Shown: piece after piece, positions 50,997 through 62,321 of the stretch
Position numbering within the stretch: position 1 is the first letter of the stretch
Layout of the letters: each line of letters starts with the position of its first letter
Assembly: GCF_032062105.1 (NCBI RefSeq)
Contig: NW_026938156.1
Coordinates: 1-64,000, forward strand
Origin: Saccostrea cucullata
Taxonomy: Eukaryota
Direction: 5' to 3'
DNA: 64,000 nt
Translations under genes and position numbers: made by a program
The notes under the pieces: generated by a model
What the model was told of the DNA's origin: nothing
What the model saw: only the letters and a program-made list of their open reading frames with translations
The model's database searches: none

Positions 50997-52928
50997 ATGG
51001 CAAGGCGATTCAATAGACGGCAAAAAGACAATAAAAGTACTAAACGAATCAAACCATACTTTGCCAACCTCAGACGTATCAAAAAGTGGAAGCACTTAAA
51101 CGACGCACGTAAATACGTCCTCAATTTATCAAAATACCAACTAAATGATAATGAATATGTCCTACTAGCAAAAGGGCTTAAATTCATTCCAACACCTAAA
51201 CAAAAAAACGTTAAGAGGTGCATCCTTAAAGATTTCGACGAGTTTGCTAGAAAATTGAGATGCAAATATCATTTTGATAATGGGGCAGATTCAAAAATCC
51301 TCCCATTTAGAACTTCGTCGGGTTTTCAACCCCCTTACACATGTAGCCTACTTGAAGAATACATTGACAAAACAAAGTTGGAATTATCATCTATCACAAC
51401 CAAAACATTCCAAGACAACCTAACTCATAGCGAAAGAAACGCTCTTTCCTCGCTTAACAACAATCTCAATGTTGTCATTAAAAAAGCGGACAAAAGCAAT
51501 ACTATAGTTATAATGGACAGGAATCAGTACATATCAGAAGCAGAGCGCCAGTTACTCTCAAAGCATTATATGCAAGTTGAAAAGCCAAACTTAATATACT
51601 TGCAAGATCTCATTCAAACAAGAATAAATGACATGCACTCCAGGGTCCCCATAGATAAAATTACTCTACGATTTCTGAAAGAGAAAAATCCGTCACTCAA
51701 ATGCGGCCAATTTTATCTGCTCCCTAAAATACACAAACTTCAAGACAATGTCCGAAATACCCTGATTAATGACCTATGCAGTATCAGACGATTACCACCT
51801 GGGCGGCCAATTATTGCTCAATGCAATACACCAACGAGGAAAATTGGGGCATACAGTGACTACTTTCTTATCCCCATCGTACAAAAACAATTAACTTATA
51901 TCAAGGACACTACTGATTTTATCAATAAGATCGAAGGCTTAGAACTCCCGACTGATGCGTTACTAATCACTTACAATGTAACCAGCATGTATACAAATAT
52001 GGAATTTGAAGAACTACTAAATCCCGTCAGGAATGCTTACAACAACGCGGTTAAAAGCAACTCAGACATCCCGTATCCTGATGTGGACAACTTAATTTTT
52101 CTTCTCAGATGCGTATTAGAAAACAATTACTTTGAATTTAACGGAAAATTCTACAAACAAATCATAGGCTGCAGCATGGGCGCAGTACCTTCCCCGGAAA
52201 TCTCAGACATGAGAATGTACGAAATTACGCAGATTATTGAATCTAAATTTCAACATGTCAACAAAATTCTGTTTCATGGCAGATTTAGGGATGATGGATT
52301 CATAATCTTTAACGGAACAAATGAAGAAATTCTAGAATTTTTTGACATCAGTAACAGCTGTCATAAACATCTTAAATTCACATTTGAAATAGCTCACTCA
52401 TCCGTGAATTTCCTGGACACAACGGTTTACAAAGGCAATAGATTTAATCATTGTCAGAAACTTGATATCAAATCTTACATAAAACCAACTAATAATTTTC
52501 AATATCTTCATAGAAACAGTGCACACAACGTCTCTGTATTTAAAGGTTTCATCAAAGGAGAATGTAAAAGACACTCCAGAAATACTAACGACCCCTCAGT
52601 TCTTAAAACAATTCTACAGAATTTCAAGGGACATCTTTCAAAGAGAGAATATTCTGAGGAAGAAATTAACCCAATAGTCGAAGAAACAACACAGAAGGAA
52701 AGACAACTCTTTTTAAGAAAGAGAGAAAAAACAAATTCAAGTCATTCACACGTCATGGTTACAAAATTTAACCCTCGCGTCAAAGGATTAAAAAAACGGA
52801 TTTTAAAGTACTGGAATATTTTGGAAGCAGACCCAACATGCAAAGATCTATTCAAATCGGAACCCATCATTGCGTATAGTAAGCATAAAAACATCGGAGA
52901 TCTATTGATAAAATCAAGTTTACAATAA
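50997..52928 (+). CDS. Penelope-like element reverse transcriptase, no GIY-YIG endonuclease
   Basis: PLE motifs VLNLS..L..NE..LLAKGLKFIPTP, NLTHSERNAL..L, VIKKADKSNTIVIMD, FYLLPKIHK, PPGRPII, YIKDTTDFI, YNVTSMYTN, NYFEFNGKFYKQIIGCSMG, RFRDD, LKFT and VNFLDT; ends PIIAYSKHKNIGDLLIKSSLQ*. Confidence 0.95.
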   Translation: MARRFNRRQKDNKSTKRIKPYFANLRRIKKWKHLNDARKYVLNLSKYQLNDNEYVLLAKGLKFIPTPKQKNVKRCILKDFDEFARKLRCKYHFDNGADSKILPFRTSSGFQPPYTCSLLEEYIDKTKLELSSITTKTFQDNLTHSERNALSSLNNNLNVVIKKADKSNTIVIMDRNQYISEAERQLLSKHYMQVEKPNLIYLQDLIQTRINDMHSRVPIDKITLRFLKEKNPSLKCGQFYLLPKIHKLQDNVRNTLINDLCSIRRLPPGRPIIAQCNTPTRKIGAYSDYFLIPIVQKQLTYIKDTTDFINKIEGLELPTDALLITYNVTSMYTNMEFEELLNPVRNAYNNAVKSNSDIPYPDVDNLIFLLRCVLENNYFEFNGKFYKQIIGCSMGAVPSPEISDMRMYEITQIIESKFQHVNKILFHGRFRDDGFIIFNGTNEEILEFFDISNSCHKHLKFTFEIAHSSVNFLDTTVYKGNRFNHCQKLDIKSYIKPTNNFQYLHRNSAHNVSVFKGFIKGECKRHSRNTNDPSVLKTILQNFKGHLSKREYSEEEINPIVEETTQKERQLFLRKREKTNSSHSHVMVTKFNPRVKGLKKRILKYWNILEADPTCKDLFKSEPIIAYSKHKNIGDLLIKSSLQ

Positions 52929-52940
52929 ACATGGAATATC

Positions 52941-53072
52941 GTTATTGGGGCCCCTGATAGGCATAATCCGTCGCCGAAACACTCTACTACTACCATTATA
53001 ACTATCATTTTAATCATAACAATATCATCCTATTTCATTCAATGTGGTTTAGAGTGTCAGGGTCCCAATAAC
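52941..53072 (+). ncRNA. Type I hammerhead ribozyme-like motif, copy 2 (variant core)
   Basis: 13-bp stem I GTTATTGGGGCCC/GGGTCCCAATAAC; core CTGATA (G8 missing); stem II GGC/GCC; GAAA 52976-52979; stem III CACTCTA/TAGAGTG; GTC ending at 53058. Confidence 0.72.
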
Positions 53073-55469
53073 TCATTATCAAGTCTGGTTGATTGATGAC
53101 GTTTATGGAAAACATGTAATATCTTGATGAAATGTGTCTAAGTCAAAGATGTACGTGTTGTAGATTGTGTGTACATTTTGTGATATCTATCATGAAATGA
53201 TGTGCATTCGTTTTCATAATTATTTGTTACTTATTCATATTCTTGGAGTTTTATTACAATTTCTCTATTAAATATGATCTTTTAAATTGAAAGTACAATT
53301 TTTATAAACATGTTTAAGCTGAAAGTAGCCCTGAACAGTCATTTAATAATAAAATCCGTGTTAGTGCAAAAAGGTCATGAATATTAGTATCGGTAAATAA
53401 CCTATCTCTCATTAGTTAGAGGGGAAAGGTATATATTTTAATCACTTTTTGTAACCATTTGGGTATGTTATTTATCATATTAAAGATTGAAAACATTGTG
53501 ACAAAGACTTCTGATATATATTTACAAATGTAGGGTGGAAAATTGATTGAAAATAAATAGAGTTCATTTGCCTATAGTTTTGAAAATGTGGACTTATCTT
53601 TCATGTCAATTGAATAAAAAAGAATTTATTCTCGGGAAATATTGTTTAATACTGTTCAATTAATAAACAATAAAAAAAATGATGTTTAAAGAAGCAATTC
53701 TGGGATTTTGTTGTCTTCTTTTCATGACAAGTACCCCTAAAATGACTGAAATTGTGAAGTCGCAATATGTATTTATCATTCCATGTTTAACTGGCTGCAC
53801 TACATTTAATAACAAGGAAACATGTCATGTGCTTTTAACTGATTGATAAGCAAGTGCTTATTTATCATTATGAAAAGTTTGAAAATCTTGTGACAAAGAC
53901 TTCTCCGACGTAGGTTCTACCTTAAGTGAATATGCTTCAAGATAATGATTAAAATCTGGTATCAAAGGTCTACGTCTAAACCATCGACCCTCCATAAAAT
54001 CACTATAGAGTATACTCCTGACTATATCAAAGTTTTTTTTTCTAAGTAATGCTCTTGATCAACATATATAATTAAATGTTTTAAATGGTTACCACTGCAG
54101 CACTCTGAGTAATCTACTTTAGAGTATCCCCCGGCTATATAAAGTGTACGTTTCTGAATAAAATCTTCTTATATTCCAATAATTTCATCTTCATCTGTGT
54201 CATCATTCTTAAAGTTCACCTTTATCTACATTGTTTTAGCCCTCTTCAATGGGGGTAAACGATTCTGTAAAGTGAACTTTTTGCATGGTACAGTTATGTA
54301 CTGAACTTGTACAGAACATTTATTAAGTTTTCTTGCTGTTTAAAATAAACGTAATCTTTTCACCACTACCCATCCTTTACTATATATGTGTCATTGAAGA
54401 TGCTCACAAGAGGTGGACTAGGCGGTACCGACAAATTTCTGGTAGATTCATTGTAGCTTTCAGATTCTTAGTTGTTCTCATCTTGACATGGAATACATCC
54501 TCAGATAAAGAGACCTGCATTCCTCTAATGTTATCAAATAAAAAGAATTTATAGTCTAATTATAAGATAGGTATGATATTCATGTTAATGAATATCCCCT
54601 TATTCGCCTATTGATCGTCAGACTTAAAACGTTACGGGTGAACTCATCATGCTATTATTTTTATCAAATAGTCATGTGCTCATCATTTCATATGTATTTG
54701 TTTTTATTGAATAGCCTCCAAAAATTATTTTTTTCTGTTTAGATATTGTAAATTTTAAACATTGTATTTTTGCAGTTTATATTTTTAAACAAAGCAAGAA
54801 AAATTTAAGGTAGCTGTGGGAACATTCTGATTACACGTTTTTTGTGCAATTCGAGCTAAAGTATATCTTTAAAAATATCAACTTGGTGGTTCCAGAAAGG
54901 GAAAGGGTCTGGAGACGGGGACCATGCCACATACTGAGGGTGGAACCTTCCTTTGAAAACTATTATTAATAGATCCCCCTCTTGAAAATCAAAATAAGTG
55001 GTAAAACCTCTTTTAAAAAATCAGGGGACCACCTCTGTAGATGATTAGTATACATTCACCCCGAGTAAAACAAACATATACAAAACGACAATGAAACATA
55101 CCTTGTTAATGTACGTAAACTACGAAAACTGAATTGCATTGAGCCCCCTCATGTAAGTTTCACCCACTCGTATCACGTACTGCGGAAATTTTCCATCACC
55201 GCCTATCTCGGCGTCAAAGCGAATGTCTGCTGCGGCCAAATCAGTCGTGTTATCTTTTAAATTCTTCTAGGAAACATTCACTGTATTATCAGCCAAAGAG
55301 ATAGTATTGTGCAATATACATGATTTAAAGAATTCTTATGTTCTTACGTATATCGCTTGGATTCGAGATTCAATAACATTAGACTAAGGTCGACAGCGTG
55401 GACGGTGAGAAAGATGCGGTGGATTAAGACTGTTTTAACGATGTTAGCCTGTGGTGCTGCAAAGAAGCA

Positions 55470-55470
<1 letters not shown>

Positions 55471-55511
<41 letters not shown>

Positions 55512-55533
55512 TATCACATTTTGTCCGGCGTCC

Positions 55534-55571
<38 letters not shown>

Positions 55572-56490
55572 ACGACTTCTCCTCATGAACCGCTGGGCGA
55601 ATTTCAACCAAACTTGCCACAAAGTATCCGTGGATAAAGGGGATTCAATTTTGTTCAAATGAAGGACCATGCCCTCATTCAAGGGGAGATAATTTGGAAT
55701 TAATGAAAATTTGGTGGCATATTTTAAAAATCTTCTTCTCAAGAACCACTATGCCAGGAAAGATGAAACTTATGGGGAAACATCCTCAGGTAGTGTAGAT
55801 TCAAGTTTGTTCAAATCATGACCTCCGGGGGTAGGGCGGGGCCAAAATGGCCGATTAAAGTTTTACATAGAAATATATAGAAAAATTCTTTAAAAATCTT
55901 TTTCTCAAGAATGGCAAAGCCATAATTGATCATATTTATATGGGAGCATCCTCAGGTAGTGAAGATTCAAGTTTGTTCAAATCATGACCCCCTTGGGTAG
56001 GACGGGGCCAAAATGGCCGACCAAAGTTTTACATAGAAATATATTGGAAAATTCTTTAAAAATCTTCTCAAGAATGGCTAAGCCATAATTGATCATATTT
56101 ATATGGAAGCATCCTCAGGTAGTGTAGATTCAAGTTTGTTCAAATCATGACCCCCTCGGGGTAGGGCGGGGCCAAAATGGCCGACCAAAGTTTTACATAG
56201 AAATATATAGGAAAATTCTTTAAAAATCTTCTTCTCAAGAATGGCTAAGCCATAATTGATCATATTTATATGGAAGCATCCTCAGGTAGTGTAGATTCAA
56301 GTTTGTTCAAATCATGACCCCCAGGGGTTGGGCGGGGCCAAAATGGACGACCAAAGTTTTAAATAGAAATGTATAGGAAAATTCTTTAAAAATCTTCTCA
56401 AGAATAGCAAAGCCATGATTGGTCTTGGGACTACTTTTGGATTTAAGCTTTTCAAGTATAAACCAATTCTGCTTTTTCCTAGCCACAGTG

Positions 56491-56525
<35 letters not shown>
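55471..56525 (+). mobile_element. HINE with ~166-bp oyster-satellite-like tandem repeats
   Basis: Head TTTTTAGCTCACCTGAGCTGAAAGCTCAAGTGAGCT, (GTCC/GTCT)n, four units with GATTCAAGTTTGTTCAAATCATGACC, tail CTCAGGTGAGCGATGTGGCCCATGGGCCTCTTGTT. Confidence 0.92.
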
Positions 56526-56527
<2 letters not shown>

Positions 56528-57235
56528 ACCCGTATAATGATAATGTGTGCAGATGGGATAGATCTGAATTTTACACGGGTTGGCTAACAGAGTACAGGCC
56601 ATGTACGTCGGTTATGTTTCCTTGTGTAAGGATGTCAACGAAAGATCACGCACACCTGTACATAGACAACAGCATAAATAAGTATATGAATTTATTTTTA
56701 ATCGATCCCTGTAAAACAAACTGAAACGTCAAATTGTACAACGATGGAAATACAAAAGTGAACTTTGAGTAATCTCACAGTTGATCCACAAAGTGGTGCA
56801 CACCCACTGTAGTTTGCTGTTTGATCACTAATTTAGTCATCTCTAATTTTTTATACTGGGGGGATTGGTGTTGAAAGTCAAGTATCTGCAGCACTCGCTT
56901 GCTCGCCATTTTGAATTTGAGAATGATATGGTAATACACCGGTAATATGTTTGAGGATTGTTTTACAACGTGGAGTGAAGCGCTTGGTTGAATACGTTAT
57001 ATTATCAGGTCACTCAGAATTAGGACATCACATTCTATGCACTCTAGGTGTCGAGATTCTTACTTGTCAGAATTAAATGTTTTGAATTTATGTATCCTTT
57101 GATTTTTTCTTTATAATGTGGAAATGAAGTTGGCTATTATTTTCATTCTGTGCATGAAATTCACAGGAACTGAATAATGAGGTAGAACTAAAGTTGGTTT
57201 ACTCGATCATTTAGATCTGTAAGTAGTAAGGGGTA

Positions 57236-58227
57236 CAGTGAAGTCGCCAATTCCGGATCACGTCAGGGTGTTTCGTTGATATTTTGCAAATCTGTTCAAT
57301 TATATTTTATGCAATATATGTATGGAAAGAACAAGTAGTGAGTCATCCAAACATCTTTTCGTTTTCAAAGTAGCTACTCGGGAACAATATTTACAAGAGA
57401 ATTTCAGCAAGGTCTAGCTTCCCCAGTTACGAATCATTTTCTCCATTTCCGGGTCATGTGACTTCACGGTCGCGTAATATTCATGGAACGTTTCGGAACA
57501 TGATTTTTATGATGTTGATTCATGAAACAGTTCATGCAGCTTGGAAAAAAAGTAAAACAACCACAGAAATATGTTTAAATTATTTTTAAAACAATTACAA
57601 CAAAACAAATTGCAGTATGCAGAATAAAAAAAAATGTATTAGGATTATTTAAATTCATTTATTAAAAAAATACATTTGAAGGGTTAACTCGATTTTAATT
57701 TTTAGAAAAAATATTTTCCAATTAGAATACTTTTGATAATCAAGGTAAATACATGATTGTCGATTGTTTTTGTACATAGAATTTTGACATGTTCATGCCA
57801 CGAGATTGCGTGACCCGCAATCGGAGAAACTACTACAGTTTGATTTGATAATCAATTTAATTTTATTTGAGCAGCGATCATTATGATTGATTTCTGAGTG
57901 AAAACTAAATGCATTTGCCATACTTTCGAGCTCTTATTATTTATCTACAACATTTATATCAGCCTTTCTGCAACGAACAAAAACGAAAGTACTCCGTCAC
58001 CGCAGCAGAAACATCCAAGTCTTTAATTCGTGCGTTTCAGAATTTCGATTGTCGGATGCTCTCTTAAAGCTGATATTCAAAATTTTGTAATTAATCACAT
58101 ACAGAAAGGCCAGTTCTTCATGACCAGCGTATTCATTAGGTTTTTTGCGCTTAAATTTTAACACTACGCATAAAATACACGCGAGTGACCCGGAACTGGA
58201 GACGACCCGGAATTGGCGACTCCACTG
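57236..58227. mobile_element. Tc1/mariner (pogo-like) non-autonomous element
   Basis: TA|CAGTGAAGTCGCCAATTCCGG ... CCGGAATTGGCGACTCCACTG|TA. Confidence 0.88.
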
Positions 58228-58234
58228 TATAGTC

Positions 58235-58545
58235 TGGGGTCTGTAAAATGAGGTCACCTTGAAAAAATCTGGGTCACCTTGAGACTTATGAGGTCACCTG
58301 GAGGTCACCCAAAAAACTGGGTCACCTTGAGGCTAATGGGTCACCTTACTATATAGGTAACCTTATGGGCATCTTGATAACCGGGTCACTCTGATATATG
58401 GGTCCGTTTTAGGTCATCCGTCTGGGGTCACCCATCTCATCATACAGCTCATGATTAAGGTCACCTGGATAATTTTGAGGTCACTAACAGTCTGGAGTCA
58501 CCCTGATGATTAGAAGAAGCTTAGGTCACTTGAAGGAAGTCACCT
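58235..58545 (+). repeat. Cluster of (A/G)GGTCAC(C/T) motifs
   Basis: More than ten same-orientation GGTCAC-like motifs at irregular spacing. Confidence 0.7.
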
Positions 58546-60816
58546 TGATATTTTCCTATATATAAATATTTACGGGATATTCCACAATGTAATACAAGAG
58601 GAAAAATCGCTGGAAGAGTAACTGAAGAATTTTTTCCCTTCTGAAGGTACGTTTATTTTTCATTTAGTTTTTAAAAACAAGTCCAAGTAGGGATAATAAT
58701 TATACCACGCCCAAGGAACATGAAACATTTTAAGCTTTGGTCAAAATCGTAGGCAGTAACAGTCTCGAAAAAAAGCTAAATTACTGTTTTACATCTTTAA
58801 ATTGCTATTTTCAGTGTATGTTACTTTTAATTCATAAATTATAAAAATTTTACAAAAGATCGAAAATTTTGACTTGAGTCTAAGTCGTTTCATAATCCTT
58901 GGACCATGAGAACATTAGAAATATAATATGACATAAAAATAGTACTGTTTGTAATTATAATGTCATAATGACTCAAAACATGCATAAACAGGACTGTATA
59001 TATTGTAAAACATCTGTAGACTTATCATATTATCCCTAATTTAAGCATAAAAAATACAGGTTTACACCCTTTTGTTCATTTCACAAGAAATATTTACAAC
59101 AAATTTTTACTTGTTTAAAACTTTTCGAGCTCGTCTCCATACTTGTCCCCGATATCTGATTATTTCAAGCTGTTGTATATCCACATTCGTTTCTGGAGAG
59201 CTTTTTAAACTTCGAATAACAATTTCATATGCATAAAAATTAATAATTATTTTGTTCATATCACATGACATTGTACAAGCGATTGAGCTTATCGAAGGGA
59301 AATAAACTTTGCCCGTTTCTTCTCTGGTTCATGTCCACCGTATTTATCAGTGAGATAATTCACTATTATATCACTTTGTTACATGTCCTGTAGAATCCTC
59401 TTTTGTAGAGCCTTTAAAACTTTAAATTCCCTTTAAATGTACCTCCGGTTCAGAGCTTCGTATTTCTTGAGACTCTTTCTCCTAAACAAATACAAAATTA
59501 TGTTAAATATTATCTCTCAGATAGAATAACTTCTTATCTTTTTATGTACCTAATTATTTATTTTATCATGTGTGTGTGAGTGTGTATGTGTGAGAGAGAG
59601 AAACCAATAGTCAAATCAAATAAATTACCTGAAAATCGTCAGGATAGAATCCTCAACGTTCGCAAATGGGGGTGTTGCTAAAACGCGGAACGGAAAGCGG
59701 AAGGGAACGGAAAACGGAAATATTTTTTTTCAAACAAATAACATAGATTCGATATAAATACGATTTATGAGCAATATTCTTGATGTTAAAGTCATATTTA
59801 ATAAAAATTTATATATTCATGAATTATGCACACCCTCCACTCAGAACTGAAGTGGTGTAAAAGCCATGCTCCCCTTTCAACAGGCCCGTCGCAGATTAGG
59901 TCAAGGAAGGTTAAGTGGTAGTGTTTGAGAAAAAATGGTACTGAAAAAAATTAGACCCCACCCACCCCTTCCCCTAATGAAATAGGATTTTCATTTTGGG
60001 CAAAGGACATATCCTAGGGTTTGGGTAGGGACCGACAGCCACATTAAAAATTAATTTATTAAACCTTTATTATATTTTGGACATAAAAAGGGGGCATATC
60101 TATGACAACTTCTCAGACCTTTCCGATGAGCGGGAAAACTCGTTTGAACGGGGTCATTCATAGACACTTGTACACCCCCCCCCCCCCCCCCCACACACAC
60201 ACATATGCACCGCAAACAAACAAAATTTAACTTATTATATCTACCACATGAAAATTTTGTCGTTCCAGAATTTAAATATATAGAAAGCAACTCAATTTTG
60301 TAGAAAATTTTAACAACCAGTGTGTATAAGAGATGTTTATTCGAGCTTGCCGTAAAGATTTGCCCTCAACGTAATCTTATATAATAATTTTTTTTTCACA
60401 TTTTATTAATTCCTCTTTCCATGGTTTATCTAGATATCAAATATTTACTCCCCAGTCATAACCTTTTTACTACGGAAATGTTCGTTAAGTTGACATCCTC
60501 ACACTTTTTGTGTAATGTAATTAACGTAGTAAGTTAGCGTAAAAAAATAGTACTGAAAGATGTTGGAATTGGGACTTATCCCCACTCCCGAATCAAACAA
60601 TTGTCTTTTTGTGTTTTTGCTTGTCAATACTTTTCAAGTTCGTTACCCTCCTTTTTTCAAATTCGATTCTAAGTGACTGCTATGTTAGCGATTTTCGTAA
60701 GTAAAAGACTGAGCATGACAAAATCCACTTGTATTTAATAGTGGGAGATTGAATATGCACAAGATATGTCGTTTATGATAAAATTTGTGTGTTTTTAAGT
60801 GATTTAATACAAATCA

Positions 60817-62321
60817 AGGGGACAACCATTTGATTCTGAGGGGGGGGGGGGGGCTGGCAAATTTTTTTGAGACGGATTATTTATTTTCAGGCCTGTCAAA
60901 GACAGATTATTTATTTTCAAGATTATCGAGGACAGATTATTTATTTTCTTCTTTGTCTTACGGTACCTTGATCGATTGATTTTAAAAGACTAATCATTTA
61001 TATACCATAGGTGGTTTCAGGAGGGGGGGGGGCATGTATAACTTCGTTCAGGCAAAAGGTCTTGGGTCGCCTTAAGGCCCCCAGTGGGTCCTGGGCGAAG
61101 CACTGGTGGAGACCAAGGGAGGGAAATTCCCCAGAAGCTCTTGGGTATTCGGGTATTTTAAGAGTAAAACCAGGACAATTATTGAGGTATTGGTAATATA
61201 TCATTGATTAATGTGTAGAAAGTATCACTTGATAACAAGTATTTTTAAAAAGATATTTTTTGAGAAAAATTGTATCAGAAAATGTGCATATTTAAAGAAA
61301 AATGCACCTGTTTAATTCTGTCTTTTTTGTGAAAACCATCATTGCAGAAATAAAATATGTTTATCATTGAAGGGAAAGTTGGACGTGAATGGTCTCTGAA
61401 AGGCTCTTATCTAAAGCATGACATGTATAAAACAAGACCCCTATAGAATCTGCCATTTGCATGCAATGTACTTTCACTTTCAAGTCTTAACATTTGGACA
61501 AAATAAACAGGGAAAACAATTTTTTGTTTCTGCAATAATGGTTTTCACAAAGAGCACTGAATTAATTAGGTGTATTTTTTGAAAATATAATATGCATTTT
61601 TAAGAAAAAAATTTTCTCAATTAATATTTTTTCCAAGTATTTTTTTTTATCAAGTGATACTTTCTATCTGTTCATCAATGAAATATTTATAAACTGTAAA
61701 AGTTTGAACTTTATACCTCACACCGTTTTGGGGCTATTGTAAAAATAAATTTTTGAACATGTTGACCTATAACGAAACCTTAATATTGGTCATATCATAC
61801 TTTGAATGAAGGGGGTGCAGGAGGCGAAGCCCCCTGAAGCTCGTGGGTTTTTGTGTATTTTAAGAGTAAAACCAGGCACAATTATGCAGGAATTGGATAG
61901 TTATGTTCCAAAGTATGACATAATTTATACTAGTCATATCATACTTTGAATGAATTCTTTTGTGGTGTTTAAGAATTGGCTTGTATTTAAAGTGATTCAT
62001 CACATCTATACTGAGTGCATATTGTCATGTTGATCAACTGACTACAAGTATCCAGTCTGGTAATCTGATTTTAAATATAATTTGGTTCTAAAATGGCGAG
62101 CGAAAAAAAATTACTGAATTGAAGATTCTGAGGTTAAATTACACAGAAATAAAAAGGTATTTTCACAATATTTAAATATCATGAGTCAAGGTCAGATTAT
62201 TTATTTTCTTTGCAGAGGAGGACATATTTATTTTCAAAATTTTCAGGGACATATTATTTATTTCCAAAATCTGCCAGCCCCCCCCCCCCCCTCAGAATTC
62301 AGAATCAAATGGTCGTCCCCT
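60817..62321. mobile_element. Nested TIR element
   Basis: AGGGGACAACCATTTGATTCTGA-polyG-CTGGCA / TGCCAG-polyC-..TCAGAATCAAATGGTCGTCCCCT; subterminal GATTATTTATTTTC repeats. Confidence 0.8.
61201..61681. mobile_element. Fold-back MITE with ~160-bp imperfect arms
   Basis: TAGAAAGTATCACTTGATAA / TTATCAAGTGATACTTTCTA and TTGTGAAAACCATCATTGCAGAAA / TTTCTGCAATAATGGTTTTCACAA. Confidence 0.7.

Larger units (their letters stand above)
48489..53921. mobile_element. TTAA-flanked TIR element (Kolobok-like, no transposase) enclosing the PLE cassette
   Basis: TTAA|CGTAGAACCTACGTCG (48489) ... CGACGTAGGTTCTACC|TTAA (53921); removing it rejoins a minus-strand reading frame (EAYSL-KFKVLK). Confidence 0.8.

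Noticed and set aside
48390-59481. Alternative genetic code or targeted hypermutation explaining the TAA/TAG stops in the minus-strand pseudogene
   Set aside because: TGA stops also occur, and several apparent stops vanish with a single frameshift (T-run near 48460); ordinary decay suffices.
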